DNA of 63,950 bases, counting the filler, from an uncultured Methanospirillum sp. (GTDB lineage: Archaea; Halobacteriota; Methanomicrobia; Methanomicrobiales; Methanospirillaceae), in assembly GCA_964637135.1 (NCBI GenBank). It is 6 parts of 6 records of this genome, joined end to end, with 100 filler letters (N's around TTAATTAATTAA, not from the genome) between each part and the next. Parts side by side here need not be neighbours in the genome. Positions count along the whole stretch, not along the records: positions 14,689 to 28,323 come from CAZWTX010000045.1; positions 28,424 to 40,693 come from CAZWTX010000046.1; 4 more parts are not named here. One strand, 5' to 3'. Positions 19,554-29,864 of the stretch are shown here, piece by piece. The stretch's first letter is position 1, and each line of letters starts with the position of its first letter. The position numbers were made by a program, and so were the translations under genes. The notes below the pieces were generated by a model. That model saw only the letters and a list, made by a program, of their open reading frames with translations. It made no database searches and had not been told where the DNA came from.

Positions 19554-22500
19554 ATGCGAGCATTGCTCAGGCCGGATCCAGAGAGGATGCGCCTGAAAGG
19601 AGACCTTAAGGGATTAATCAGGCTAACCCAGGCAGGAAAGGAACCGGGAATCCGGCGGGAGGCAGTACTTGCCCTCGGACGGATGCAGTCACCCGGTTCC
19701 CTTCAGGACCTGGTCCGACTGCTGACCGATACCGATCACGGGGTCAGGACAGCTGCAGCCGAAGCCCTAGAACAGTACGGAAAAAACGGGGTACCACTGC
19801 TTCTTGGTACCTATGAAACACACGGTGACGAAACGGTCCGCCGGGTCCACGAGGTTCTGACCTCGATAGGCCAGGATACGGTTCCGGTCATTCTTGGTTC
19901 GGTATCCCGGATGACGCCGCTCGGCGAGGAGCGGGCAGCATACACCACGTATGCCATCGGGGAACCGGCTGCTCCGTATCTTATCAGGGCACTCGGTTCA
20001 GACGATAAAAAGGTCGCTGACTTCTCCCAGGCAATCCTCGAGACGATGGGTAAAGAGGCCCTCCACTATCTCATCGAAGGACTGCAGAGTCACGACGAAG
20101 AGGTGAAGGCACGAATAGCGGCCCTCCTAATCGTAATCGGAGAGAGCGTGGTGACCGATCTCCTTGCCTCATGCGGAACAGATACGGAAGAGACCCGGAC
20201 CCTGAAATTCTACATCATCAGTGAGATTGGAACCCCGGCTCTCGATCCGCTCTACCAGGCGCTCCGCGACCCGAATCCGGTCACTTCCTCGATGGCCCTG
20301 AAGATATTCCTGGAGTTCGGGGAATCGGCAATCGTCCCCCTGATCACCGGGCTGTTTGATCCTGAACCGGATCTCAGGCAGGTCGCCGAGAACGCCCTGC
20401 TGAGGATCGGAGCACCGGTTGTCCCGAACCTGATCAGGGAGATTCCCCTCCACAAGGAGCGGGAACGGGACCAGATCCTTGCCCTCCTCGTCAGGATCGG
20501 CGAACCGGCCATCCCCGACATGGTCGCAGCACTCTATGATACCTCAGCCGAGATAGCAAAGGCAATGATAACGGTGATGCCCCGGACCGGGGCAGTATCG
20601 GTGCCGTACCTTATGAGCGTCATCGGGGTGAGAGATGACACCACACCGGTCGAACGGGTATTCAGGGAGATGGGACGAATAGCCTTCCCCCTTCTCGAAG
20701 AGGAAGTCGAAGACGAGGAAGGAGACCGGGCCGTCTTTGCGATACGGATGCTCAGGGACATCGATCCGGTCAGGGCCGTTGAACCGCTCATCACTGCCCT
20801 CTATCATCATGACGCCCCGGTCAGGGAGGCAGCCATCGCCGAACTGAAAGATTCCGGCGACATGGCAATGCCCCGTCTCATCAACGTCCTCTCGTCGGGG
20901 AACGAATCCGCAGCAAGTCTCGCCAGGGAAGCACTCATTTCGGCAGGCGATGATGCTGCACCACATCTCGTCGATGCCCTGACCAACCCGATGAGCGGTG
21001 ACGGCAGCGAGATCAGCGATATCATCAGGATGATTGGCCGTCCGGTGATGCCATACCTGATCACCATCCTCTCTCCTGGAAAACCCGGATACCGGGAGGC
21101 ATCCACGATCCTCATGGACATGGGGACGATTGCCATTTCACCCCTCCTTGAAGCGATTCCAACGGCAGGAAAAGACCAGAAGAACGCTATTATGGAGATC
21201 CTCTCCGGCCTGTACGATGCAGACACCGAACTCTTCATCAGCAGCATCCTCTCGGCGTCAGACATCCAGGAAGAATCGGTCTGGGAAATGCTCAGTGCGC
21301 ATCCCGATGACGTGATCCCGCACCTTGCCATGATGATGCACGAGGGAACCGATGAAGAGGCGAAGACATCAGGTGAACTCTTCAACCGGTTCGGCGACGA
21401 GGCAATCCCGGCCCTCATCGAGACACTCAGGGATGAAGAGGATGAAGACCGGCAGCTGCTCATCACAACCTATCTCATCAAGGCTGGAGCGGGAGCCGTT
21501 CCGGCTCTCCTCGATCTGCTTCGTGAACCAGACAAGGCAATATACGGCGTTGCAGCCCTCGGATCAATCGGAGAACCGGCAGTCGAGCCGCTTATCGCCC
21601 TCTTAAAAGACAGCGATCCACAGGTGGCGAGGTATGCCGGTCTGACCCTGACCAGGATAGGAAAACCGGCCGCCGCCGCGATCATGCCGATCCTGGATAG
21701 CGACGAGGCCATGGTGCCGGTCTTATCCCGGATTCTTGCAGAGATGGGAGGGGCGGCACTTCCCGAACTGCTCGGGGAGTTTATGGAACTCTCTGAACGG
21801 GGCGAGGGAGGAAGCACGCGGGGAATCGCCCTGATGAGCATGATCCTGGAGATCGCCATCTCCAGCACTGATCAGATGCAGATCCTCTTCTCCCTTGAGG
21901 ATGAGGAACTCTCCCGGATGCTCACAAACATGCTCGTCAGCCGGGGAGAGATCATCATCACCCCGGTGATCGACGCCATGCTCACCTGGAAAAAGCCGGT
22001 CCCAAAGATGGCAGTCAGTGTCCTGCAGCCGATGAGAAAGCAGGCCCTGGCACGAATAGGGGAGAAACTCGACAGCATGGACGAGGCAGACAAGCAGCGC
22101 ATTCCTCTCATCCATCTCCTTGGGGCACTGGGTGACCCGTCCTCGGCAGCCGTCATCTTCTCTTCCATCCACTCGGACGAGAAGAAGATCCGGATCGCGG
22201 CGGTGAAGGAACTTGGCAAATTCGGGCGTGAAGCGCTCGATCCGCTCACCCAGGCGATGGAGGATCGCGATCCCGAGGTGCGGGTTGCCGCGGCAGAATC
22301 GATGGGCAACATCGGTCTTCCCGTGCTCGACCAGCTCCTCAACGCCCTCAAGGATGAGGACGGACGAATCCGTGCGGCAGCCATCGCCGGGATCGCAAAG
22401 ACCGGTGAGCCGGCTCAGTTCATGCTGGTCCAGGCACTCGACGATCCCGATCGCCGGGTCAGGCAGGATGTAGTCAGACTTCTTGACTCGATGAACTGGA

Positions 22501-22682
22501 AACCGAAGTATACCACCGATCGGCTCAGTTACCTGTATGCACAGGAGGACTGGGAAACACTGGTCTCAATCGGACCGCCCAGTGTCGATATCCTGGCCCG
22601 GGGGCTTCACGACGATGACGGGGAGATCAGGGATGCCGCCCGGGATGCACTCTCCCGGATCCGGTCAACCCTTCCGGTCTGA
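19554..22682 (+). CDS. Large HEAT-repeat (PBS lyase-like) protein
   Basis: Many L..AL.D.D..VR..AA.AL..IG repeats over 1042 aa. Confidence 0.9.
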   Translation: MRALLRPDPERMRLKGDLKGLIRLTQAGKEPGIRREAVLALGRMQSPGSLQDLVRLLTDTDHGVRTAAAEALEQYGKNGVPLLLGTYETHGDETVRRVHEVLTSIGQDTVPVILGSVSRMTPLGEERAAYTTYAIGEPAAPYLIRALGSDDKKVADFSQAILETMGKEALHYLIEGLQSHDEEVKARIAALLIVIGESVVTDLLASCGTDTEETRTLKFYIISEIGTPALDPLYQALRDPNPVTSSMALKIFLEFGESAIVPLITGLFDPEPDLRQVAENALLRIGAPVVPNLIREIPLHKERERDQILALLVRIGEPAIPDMVAALYDTSAEIAKAMITVMPRTGAVSVPYLMSVIGVRDDTTPVERVFREMGRIAFPLLEEEVEDEEGDRAVFAIRMLRDIDPVRAVEPLITALYHHDAPVREAAIAELKDSGDMAMPRLINVLSSGNESAASLAREALISAGDDAAPHLVDALTNPMSGDGSEISDIIRMIGRPVMPYLITILSPGKPGYREASTILMDMGTIAISPLLEAIPTAGKDQKNAIMEILSGLYDADTELFISSILSASDIQEESVWEMLSAHPDDVIPHLAMMMHEGTDEEAKTSGELFNRFGDEAIPALIETLRDEEDEDRQLLITTYLIKAGAGAVPALLDLLREPDKAIYGVAALGSIGEPAVEPLIALLKDSDPQVARYAGLTLTRIGKPAAAAIMPILDSDEAMVPVLSRILAEMGGAALPELLGEFMELSERGEGGSTRGIALMSMILEIAISSTDQMQILFSLEDEELSRMLTNMLVSRGEIIITPVIDAMLTWKKPVPKMAVSVLQPMRKQALARIGEKLDSMDEADKQRIPLIHLLGALGDPSSAAVIFSSIHSDEKKIRIAAVKELGKFGREALDPLTQAMEDRDPEVRVAAAESMGNIGLPVLDQLLNALKDEDGRIRAAAIAGIAKTGEPAQFMLVQALDDPDRRVRQDVVRLLDSMNWKPKYTTDRLSYLYAQEDWETLVSIGPPSVDILARGLHDDDGEIRDAARDALSRIRSTLPV

Positions 22683-22751
22683 CCCCCCCTTCCACAGATT
22701 CATCTTCTTTTACACCCAACGGTGAAGAAACCAGTATCACCGTGCTATTCC

Positions 22752-23648
22752 ATGAACCACATCATCTCATCACGCGATCTCGGCCGCAGCCAGATAGATC
22801 ACCTGATTGAACGTGCGAGCGAGATTGCGTCAAACGGCGCAGGAACTGCCCCCCTCGACGGAAAAATCCTCGGTCTTCTCTTTTTTGAACCCAGTACCCG
22901 GACACGGATGTCATTCGAATCGGCCATGCTCCGTCTCGGCGGTTCCTGTATCAATATCGGGGGCGTCGAGGTGAGTTCGATGGCGAAAGGAGAGACGCTC
23001 TCAGACACGATCCGGGTCGTAAGCGGGTATGCCGATACCATCGTGCTCAGGCATCCCCGGGTTGGAGCTGCCCGGCTCGCCAGCGAAATATCTTCCGTCC
23101 CGATCATCAACGGGGGAGACGGGGCCGGTCAGCACCCGTCACAGACCCTGATTGACCTGTACACGATCCACGAGTCCATGCCGCTTGACGGGATCAATGT
23201 CGGGCTTCTCGGGGATCTCATGTACGGACGGACCACCCATTCGCTCGCATCTGCCCTCACCCATTACCATGCCACCATCCATGCAATTGCACAGAAAGGA
23301 ATCGGTCTGCCCCCATCATTCCAGGAGGAACTGACCAGTCTCGGGTGTGAGATCGTCGAACACGGATCCGTTGAAGAGGTGATCGACGAACTTGACGTCC
23401 TGTATGTCACCCGGATCCAGCGGGAACGCTTCCCCGACCCCGCCTCGTATTTTGACGTGGCGTCCAGTTACCGGGTAACGCCCCAGGTCCTTGAGAATGC
23501 AAAAGAAAACCTGATCATTCTCCATCCCCTCCCCCGGGTGGACGAGATCGATCCGGCAGTCGATGACCTTCCCTGTGCCCGGTACTTCCAGCAGGCGCGG
23601 AACGGGGTTCCAATGCGTATGGCGATGCTCCTTGAGGTGATGAAATGA
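22752..23648 (+). CDS. pyrB: Aspartate carbamoyltransferase catalytic subunit
   Basis: FFEPSTRTRMSF, HPSQTL, YVTRIQRER, HPLPR. Confidence 0.97.
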   Translation: MNHIISSRDLGRSQIDHLIERASEIASNGAGTAPLDGKILGLLFFEPSTRTRMSFESAMLRLGGSCINIGGVEVSSMAKGETLSDTIRVVSGYADTIVLRHPRVGAARLASEISSVPIINGGDGAGQHPSQTLIDLYTIHESMPLDGINVGLLGDLMYGRTTHSLASALTHYHATIHAIAQKGIGLPPSFQEELTSLGCEIVEHGSVEEVIDELDVLYVTRIQRERFPDPASYFDVASSYRVTPQVLENAKENLIILHPLPRVDEIDPAVDDLPCARYFQQARNGVPMRMAMLLEVMK

Positions 23649-24106
23649 GCGGAGGAGAACCGGGACTGGTGATAAGTCCCATCAGGAACGGTACGGTGAT
23701 CGATCATATCACCGCCGGGGAAGCACTCACCGTTCTTCGTATTCTCGGGATAACCGGGAGAACGGATGAATGCGTGAGTGTTGCAACAAATGTCGAGAGC
23801 CGTGCCCATACCCGGAAGGACGTGGTGAAGATCGAGAACCGGGAACTGAAGAATGCTGAAGTAGACCGGATCTCCCTCGTGGCACCCCATGCTACGATCA
23901 ATATCATCAGGAACTGCCTTGTCGTTGAGAAAAAGGGAGTCTCCACCCCGAAAATTCTCATCGGAGTTTTGAAATGCCCGAACCCGTGCTGTATCACGAA
24001 TTCCAATGAACCGGTGAAAACCCGGTTTGAGATGCAGGGAACCCGTGCGGTATGCGGATACTGCGATGCGGTCATATCAACTGATATCCAGTCGCATATC
24101 TGCTGA
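23645..24106 (+). CDS. pyrI: Aspartate carbamoyltransferase regulatory subunit
   Basis: GTVIDHI, CPNPCCIT, CGYC; ATGA overlap with pyrB. Confidence 0.96.
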   Translation: MSGGEPGLVISPIRNGTVIDHITAGEALTVLRILGITGRTDECVSVATNVESRAHTRKDVVKIENRELKNAEVDRISLVAPHATINIIRNCLVVEKKGVSTPKILIGVLKCPNPCCITNSNEPVKTRFEMQGTRAVCGYCDAVISTDIQSHIC

Positions 24107-24124
24107 CCAGACCCTGACGGGCGG

Positions 24125-24598
24125 TTACTGACCGGTATCGGAAGGGATCACTTTTCCGTGGATATCAATCTCCCCCCGCCAGATCCGGGTCGAGGAGATC
24201 CATTTGCCATCCTCTGCAAGAACACACCGTATCATGTGAATCTCGACACAGGGACGGTTTCTCTGGTGCCGTTCCCGGTTTATCCGGCGGGCAACCTCGA
24301 ATGTCTCTTCACTGACGACAATCGCATCGAAATCAGTCTCAAGGGTGGAGCCGTAGGGATCATGGAGCTCCTCGATCTCATACCGGGTCGTGCCGGCAAG
24401 TTCCCCGAGAACCCTGACCAGTTCAGCCTTTCGTTCATGGTAGGAGTGGATCGGATGCACCTTCCGGTTCGCGAACGTGTCGCTGGTAAGGCCGACGGTC
24501 ACAAGCCCGTCTGAACCGGCGATCTCAAAGGCACGGGTTATCAGGAGGCGATGCCCGTCATGGAGCGGATCGAATGTTCCTCCCACCATAACCTTCAT
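24125..24598 (-). CDS. coaD: Archaeal phosphopantetheine adenylyltransferase
   Basis: GGTFDPLHDGH, VVSEET, ISSTRI. Confidence 0.92.
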   Translation of the reverse strand: MKVMVGGTFDPLHDGHRLLITRAFEIAGSDGLVTVGLTSDTFANRKVHPIHSYHERKAELVRVLGELAGTTRYEIEELHDPYGSTLETDFDAIVVSEETFEVARRINRERHQRNRPCVEIHMIRCVLAEDGKWISSTRIWRGEIDIHGKVIPSDTGQ

Positions 24599-24766
24599 GG
24601 CTTATGATTGGATCCGCCCGGTTTTAACCCCATGGAAAGAGGGAGCCATCTAAACCCGGCGGCGACCCGATGCCGGGAGGCCTGATGATCATCCCAAACG
24701 CTCATCAGAGTTCATGATTTATATGTACGAGAAGGTTACCAGCCGAATCCAGGACAGGTATTACTC

Positions 24767-25261
24767 ATGATCCATGTACATACAGATTTTCCCGAGGCTG
24801 CATTCCTTGCACCGAATATAACGCTATACGGAGACATATCTCTCGGTGCAGACACCAGCGTCTGGTATGGGGCAGTAATACGGGCAGATAAGGATACGAT
24901 ATCAATCGGCGAGCGTTCAAATATCCAGGACAACTGCGTCGTCCATACGTCAGCCGGCCACCCGATCCGGGTCGGAACTGACGTATCGGTCGGGCACGGT
25001 GCAATCCTTCACGGATGCACCATCGGAAACCAGGTTCTCGTGGGAATGGGAGCAATCGTCCTGAACGGGGCAGAGATCGGCGACGGATGCATCATCGGTG
25101 CAGGGGCCCTCGTTTCAGAAGGAAAAAAGATCCCTCCCCGGTCTCTGGTCATCGGCCTTCCGGGTAAGATTGTCCGTGAGGTCTCTGATGAGGATCTCCA
25201 GGGGGTCCTGCAGAATGCGACCAGTTACGTTGAACTGGCACGGAGACATGCCGGTGAGTGA
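24767..25261 (+). CDS. Gamma-carbonic anhydrase family (YrdA/CamH-like)
   Basis: Hexapeptide repeats; SNIQDNCVVH, VGHGAILHGC. Confidence 0.92.
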   Translation: MIHVHTDFPEAAFLAPNITLYGDISLGADTSVWYGAVIRADKDTISIGERSNIQDNCVVHTSAGHPIRVGTDVSVGHGAILHGCTIGNQVLVGMGAIVLNGAEIGDGCIIGAGALVSEGKKIPPRSLVIGLPGKIVREVSDEDLQGVLQNATSYVELARRHAGE

Positions 25262-26546
25262 AGCCGTCGTTCTGGGGAGCGGCATTGCCGGGATTGCGGC
25301 TGCCCTCGATATCGCCAATCACGGGATCCATGTCCATCTCATCGAACGGGAGCCGACCATCGGCGGCCACATGGCCATGCTTGACAAGACCTTTCCGACC
25401 AACGACTGTTCGATGTGTATTCTCAGCCCGAAGATGGTGGAGGCAGCCAGGCATCCGCTTGTCACGCTTCATACCTGCACCGAACTGACACGGATTGAAG
25501 GAGAAGAGGGAAATTTCACCGTCAGCCTGGTCAGGCACCCGCGGTACGTGATCGAATCGGAGTGTACCGGTTGCGGGGACTGTGTCGAGGTCTGCCCGGT
25601 TGAGGTTTACAACCGGTTCGATGCCGGGATCGGTGTCAGGAAGGCAATTTACAAGGTCCATCCCCAGGCTGTTCCAGACAAGATGATCCGCGACCCGGTG
25701 CACTGCATCGATTGCGGGCTCTGCTATTCAGTCTGCGGAAAACACGCGATCCTTCATGACAACGAGGATACAGACCGGGAATTCACCCTTCACGTGGCTG
25801 CCGTCGTTGTTGCCACGGGATACGAGGTCTTTGATGCAACCGACAAGCGTTCCCTGAAATATCTTACGATACCTGACGTCATCACGAGCATCGAGTTTGA
25901 GCGGATGATCAATGCAAGCGGGCCGACGGGCGGGTCGGTCAGACGGCTTTCAAACGGAGCCAGTCCGAAACGGGTCGTCTTCGTCCAGTGTGTCGGGTCG
26001 CGTGACAATGCAGCCGGAATGACATCCTGCTCCTGTGTCTGCTGCATGTATGCCGCCAAGAACGCGATGCTGATCCGGGAAAAATACCCTGACTGCGAAG
26101 TTTTCATTCTCTATATGGACATCCGGGCATACGGGAAGGGATATGAGGAATACACCGAACGGGCAAAAAATCTCGGGGTGAGGTTTATCAGGGGAATGCC
26201 CGGAGAGGTGTATGGGAACGGCACGAATATCACCGTCATGGTGGAAAACACTGAGACCAGAGAACTGATGAAGATCGAGACCGATCTTCTCGTCCTGTCA
26301 GTCGGGCTCAGGCCGGTCTGTGATGCCGGGCAGATTGCCGAAACACTCGGGATTTCGACTGACGATACCGGGTTTTATGAGAGCCCACAGCCTGATGGCG
26401 GTCCGGTTATGACCATCAGGCCGGGGATCTACGTTGCAGGTACCTGCAGGCGTCCGATGGATATTCCTGACGCCGTTGCAGAAGGAGGGGCAGCAGCGAT
26501 GCATGCGGTTATCAGTTGTATGAAGGGAAGGAATGCAGCCTCTTAG
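25248..26546 (+). CDS. hdrA: Short HdrA-like FAD/Fe-S protein
   Basis: GSGIAG, LDKTFPTNDCSMCIL, two CxxCxxCxxxC ferredoxin motifs, QCVGSRD, CSCVCCMY; start 25248 or 25254. Confidence 0.88.
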   Translation: MPVSEAVVLGSGIAGIAAALDIANHGIHVHLIEREPTIGGHMAMLDKTFPTNDCSMCILSPKMVEAARHPLVTLHTCTELTRIEGEEGNFTVSLVRHPRYVIESECTGCGDCVEVCPVEVYNRFDAGIGVRKAIYKVHPQAVPDKMIRDPVHCIDCGLCYSVCGKHAILHDNEDTDREFTLHVAAVVVATGYEVFDATDKRSLKYLTIPDVITSIEFERMINASGPTGGSVRRLSNGASPKRVVFVQCVGSRDNAAGMTSCSCVCCMYAAKNAMLIREKYPDCEVFILYMDIRAYGKGYEEYTERAKNLGVRFIRGMPGEVYGNGTNITVMVENTETRELMKIETDLLVLSVGLRPVCDAGQIAETLGISTDDTGFYESPQPDGGPVMTIRPGIYVAGTCRRPMDIPDAVAEGGAAAMHAVISCMKGRNAAS

Positions 26547-27588
26547 ACCGATCATCTTCCACCCCGGGGTTCCGGAGATCGTTCTCATCGATCAGACCGC
26601 ACTCCCGGGCTCGTTCCATGAGATCACGGTTACCGACATTGGAACCCTTGCAGATGCAATCCTAAAACTCGTGGTACGGGGTGCACCGGCCCTCGGCATT
26701 GCCGGGGCGAGCGGGATGGCGCTTGCCGCCCGGATCAGCACGACCAGCGATCACCAGGCATTCCTTCGTGAGATGGAAGAGACCGCGGCGGTCCTCCGTT
26801 CAACCCGGCCAACCGCGGTCAATCTCTTTTACGGGATTGACCAGGTCCTTGCCGCGATACTGCGTGCCGGGACACGGAAGGAGGCAGTCGAATCGGCATG
26901 CACCGAGGCGGTCCGGATCGCAGAAGAAGACCGGGAGACCTGTCATGCCATCGGGAGAAATGCTCTCCCGGTCATTCCTGATACGGCAGTCATCCTGACC
27001 CATTGCAATGCGGGAGCCCTTGCCTGTGCCGAATGGGGAACAGCTCTCGGGGTGATCCGGACGGCAGTCTTTGAAGGGAGAAAAATACGGGTGTATGCCT
27101 GTGAAACCCGGCCGCTCCTCCAGGGAGCACGGCTCACCTCCTGGGAACTCGCACGGGACGGAATCGATGTCACGGTGATCACCGACTCGATGGCCGCGTA
27201 CCTGATGCAACAGAAAAAGATCGATCTCGTGGTAGTCGGGGCAGACCGGGTCGTGTCAGACGGGGTTTTCAACAAGATCGGGACATATATGCATGCCGTC
27301 TGTGCCCGGTACCACGATATTCCGTTCTATGTTGCCGCCCCCCTCTCTACCTTTGATGAGATGTCAACGATGAGTGAGATCATCGTTGAGGAGCGAAATC
27401 GCGATGAGATTGCCCGGTGCGGGGACCGGGTGTTCATCGCAGACGGGATACCGGTATACAACCCGGCCTTTGATGCAACCCCTGCCGGTCTCGTCACCGG
27501 GATTATCACCGAGCACGGGATATTCCGGCTGCCGGAGGATCTTCCGGCGATCTGCATGGCCCGGAGCAGGAACAACGGGGGAACCTGA
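26533..27588 (+). CDS. mtnA: Methylthioribose-1-phosphate isomerase (eIF2B-like family)
   Basis: VRGAPA, RPTAVNL, THCNAGALA, ETRPLLQGARLT, NKIGT, NPAFD. Confidence 0.93.
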   Translation: MQPLRPIIFHPGVPEIVLIDQTALPGSFHEITVTDIGTLADAILKLVVRGAPALGIAGASGMALAARISTTSDHQAFLREMEETAAVLRSTRPTAVNLFYGIDQVLAAILRAGTRKEAVESACTEAVRIAEEDRETCHAIGRNALPVIPDTAVILTHCNAGALACAEWGTALGVIRTAVFEGRKIRVYACETRPLLQGARLTSWELARDGIDVTVITDSMAAYLMQQKKIDLVVVGADRVVSDGVFNKIGTYMHAVCARYHDIPFYVAAPLSTFDEMSTMSEIIVEERNRDEIARCGDRVFIADGIPVYNPAFDATPAGLVTGIITEHGIFRLPEDLPAICMARSRNNGGT

Positions 27589-28298
27589 TGGTCATCTGGT
27601 TTCTTGAGCCTCTTACTCCGTTCATCACGCTCATCGGGGAGCTTGCCGTGCTCTTTGTCCTGTTCATCCTCCTCTTCGGGTTCATCCTCCTAATCATGAC
27701 GATGTACGTCATCAAGACCGGGAACCTGATCTTCCCCCAGTTCATGAGGGCCGGCCTGATTTTCCTGGAAGGGCTCATGCGGGGACTGTTCAGGTTGTTT
27801 GGTATAGAGGACGAAGAGATGCTCAGGCTTATCGTCACTCTCCAGAATACCCTGAACCGCAAAGCCTTCACGGCAACCCCGCCCTCAGAACGGGCCGTCT
27901 TCCTTCCCCAGTGTCTGCGGGCAGCCGCCTGTCCGGCCCATCTCCACGAGGAAGGACTCAAGTGTCGTGCCTGCGGGTTGTGCGGGATCGGGACCGGAAA
28001 GCAGATCCTTGAAGCGCTCGGATACCGGGTGTTCATCGTTCCGGGCTCCTCGTTTATCAAGCGGATGGTGAAACGGTACCACCCGAAGGCACTGATCGGC
28101 ATCGGCTGCCTGATCGAGGTGAAGGAAGGGCTCGAGATGGGCAGCCAGATGAATATCGTCACCATGGGGGTCGTGACGACAAAGGACGGATGTGTCGAGA
28201 CGTCGGTAAACTGGGAGGATGTCTACGCTGTCGCCCTCCTCGGTGCCGACCGGAACGCGGTTCCCGAAGATCTCAGGGAGTTCCTTCCCGATTTATAA
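27588..28298 (+). CDS. DUF116 family membrane-anchored protein
   Basis: N-terminal TM; FLPQCLR...CPA, C..CG.C, FIVPGSS, IGIGC, GCVET. Confidence 0.85.
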   Translation: MVIWFLEPLTPFITLIGELAVLFVLFILLFGFILLIMTMYVIKTGNLIFPQFMRAGLIFLEGLMRGLFRLFGIEDEEMLRLIVTLQNTLNRKAFTATPPSERAVFLPQCLRAAACPAHLHEEGLKCRACGLCGIGTGKQILEALGYRVFIVPGSSFIKRMVKRYHPKALIGIGCLIEVKEGLEMGSQMNIVTMGVVTTKDGCVETSVNWEDVYAVALLGADRNAVPEDLREFLPDL

Positions 28299-28323
28299 CA
28301 GCACCGCAGAGAAAAGAAACACC

Positions 28324-28423
28324 NNNNNNNNNNNNNNNNNNNNNNNNNNNNNNNNNNNNNNNNNNNNTTAATTAATTAANNNNNNNNNNNNNNNNNNNNN
28401 NNNNNNNNNNNNNNNNNNNNNNN
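28324..28423. other. Artificial contig-joining linker
   Basis: N/TTAATTAATTAA/N spacer. Confidence 0.98.
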
Positions 28424-28618
28424 TCAAAGGATATCGGGGAGTATTCAACCTGTCCGCACCGGTGCCGCTATTGTTATGCCAACCGGGGAGATGATCTCGT
28501 GATGGCCCGTTACCATCTCCATCGCCGCCGGTTTGCTAAAGGAGCGGATCTCCCCTCGATTGTCCCGGATGCCGGGACTGCCGAATAGTATATGAACACG
28601 AGTACCAACTGATATGCT

Positions 28619-28900
28619 ATGGGTCAATGCGAGATCTGCGGCCGGGAGATCTCCGGGGGTGCACAATTCACCTGCAGTTACTGCGAGGGAACGTTCTGTC
28701 CGGACCACCGGCTTCCCTTCAATCATGCCTGTCCGAATATCGACCAGTGGCGGCGTTCAGGTGCACCCCGGAAAAGAATATTAAAAAAGGTCCCCGTCAG
28801 GATCCTGCCGGCTGCCATCACCCAGAAGAATGCCATAGCACTATCAGCCGTTGTTCTCTTTATTCTGGTCGTGGTCATCGCCACGATCAGGCCGGTTTGA
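28619..28900 (+). CDS. AN1-type zinc finger protein with C-terminal TM anchor
   Basis: CEIC...CSYCEGTFCPDHRLPFNHAC; hydrophobic tail. Confidence 0.85.
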   Translation: MGQCEICGREISGGAQFTCSYCEGTFCPDHRLPFNHACPNIDQWRRSGAPRKRILKKVPVRILPAAITQKNAIALSAVVLFILVVVIATIRPV

Positions 28901-29858
28901 GTGTTGGGAAGGCTTTTGAGAGGCTATCTCCGGCCTCTTTCAGATAATCCCGTCCGAACGGTCCGTTTTCAAGATCATCCCAGAGAGCCGGGGCGAGGGT
29001 CCGTCTCTCCGGCCGGATGAGTGCCAGCCCGAGGCATATCGCCGCGGTGGTGTCGGTATCGCCCCCGAGCCTGACCGACGCTTCGAGGAGTTGCTGCGGG
29101 TCGGTTCCGAACCGTATCAGGAGGGCAAAGACGGCACCGAGGAGGATACCCGCTTCGGTGTACGGAATCCCGTACCCGGCATGGTCGGAGAGGATGATCC
29201 CGGGAACGATGCCATCCCGGGCCGACCTGATCACACGGAACAGGTACCCGGCCTGCACGGGGGTAATCTCGTCGGCCAGAAGATCCAGGATCCGGGAGGG
29301 AATTTCGCTGAATGCGGCCCGCTGATGGTACCTGAACCAGGAGACAAGGGCGATGGCCCGGGTCGCGAGGATGGCATCCGGGTGACCGTGGGTTATCGCC
29401 GAACTGATTGTGGCGTTCCTGATAACGTCGGCAGGATCCGGGTAAAACCCGATAGGAGGTGCCCGCATGGCAGATCCGTCACTCCGACGTTCTTTGATGA
29501 CTTCAGAGGGGAGAAAAGAGAGAAATGCCCGGGCATCGGTGGCATGGTCAAGCATCGATCTGGTCAGGGGGGAGTACCCGTCCCGCGGATCAGCCCGGGA
29601 ACAGGCGATCAGCGAGTCGGCAAGGGTTTCCGGGGTAAATGGTATGCCGGATACCATGAACCGGGCAACCGCCAGTGCCATCTGGGTATCATCGGTGTAC
29701 CGGTTCTGCCCGTTATAGGAATCGGCCCGGTCAAACTGGATTTCTGACCAGGGAAGATTCTCAAACCGTCTCCCGAAGGCATCACCGATGGCCATCCCGG
29801 TCAGCAGCCGAGCTCCCGGTGAGGCGTCATATGGCCCGGAACCGGGAGTGACTGACAC
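28887..29858 (-). CDS. ADP-ribosylglycohydrolase (DraG/ARH family)
   Basis: GMAIGDAFG, YTDDTQMA, GSAMR, THGHP, GGDTDT. Confidence 0.92.
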   Translation of the reverse strand: MSVTPGSGPYDASPGARLLTGMAIGDAFGRRFENLPWSEIQFDRADSYNGQNRYTDDTQMALAVARFMVSGIPFTPETLADSLIACSRADPRDGYSPLTRSMLDHATDARAFLSFLPSEVIKERRSDGSAMRAPPIGFYPDPADVIRNATISSAITHGHPDAILATRAIALVSWFRYHQRAAFSEIPSRILDLLADEITPVQAGYLFRVIRSARDGIVPGIILSDHAGYGIPYTEAGILLGAVFALLIRFGTDPQQLLEASVRLGGDTDTTAAICLGLALIRPERRTLAPALWDDLENGPFGRDYLKEAGDSLSKAFPTLKPA

Positions 29859-29864
29859 GGCTGA

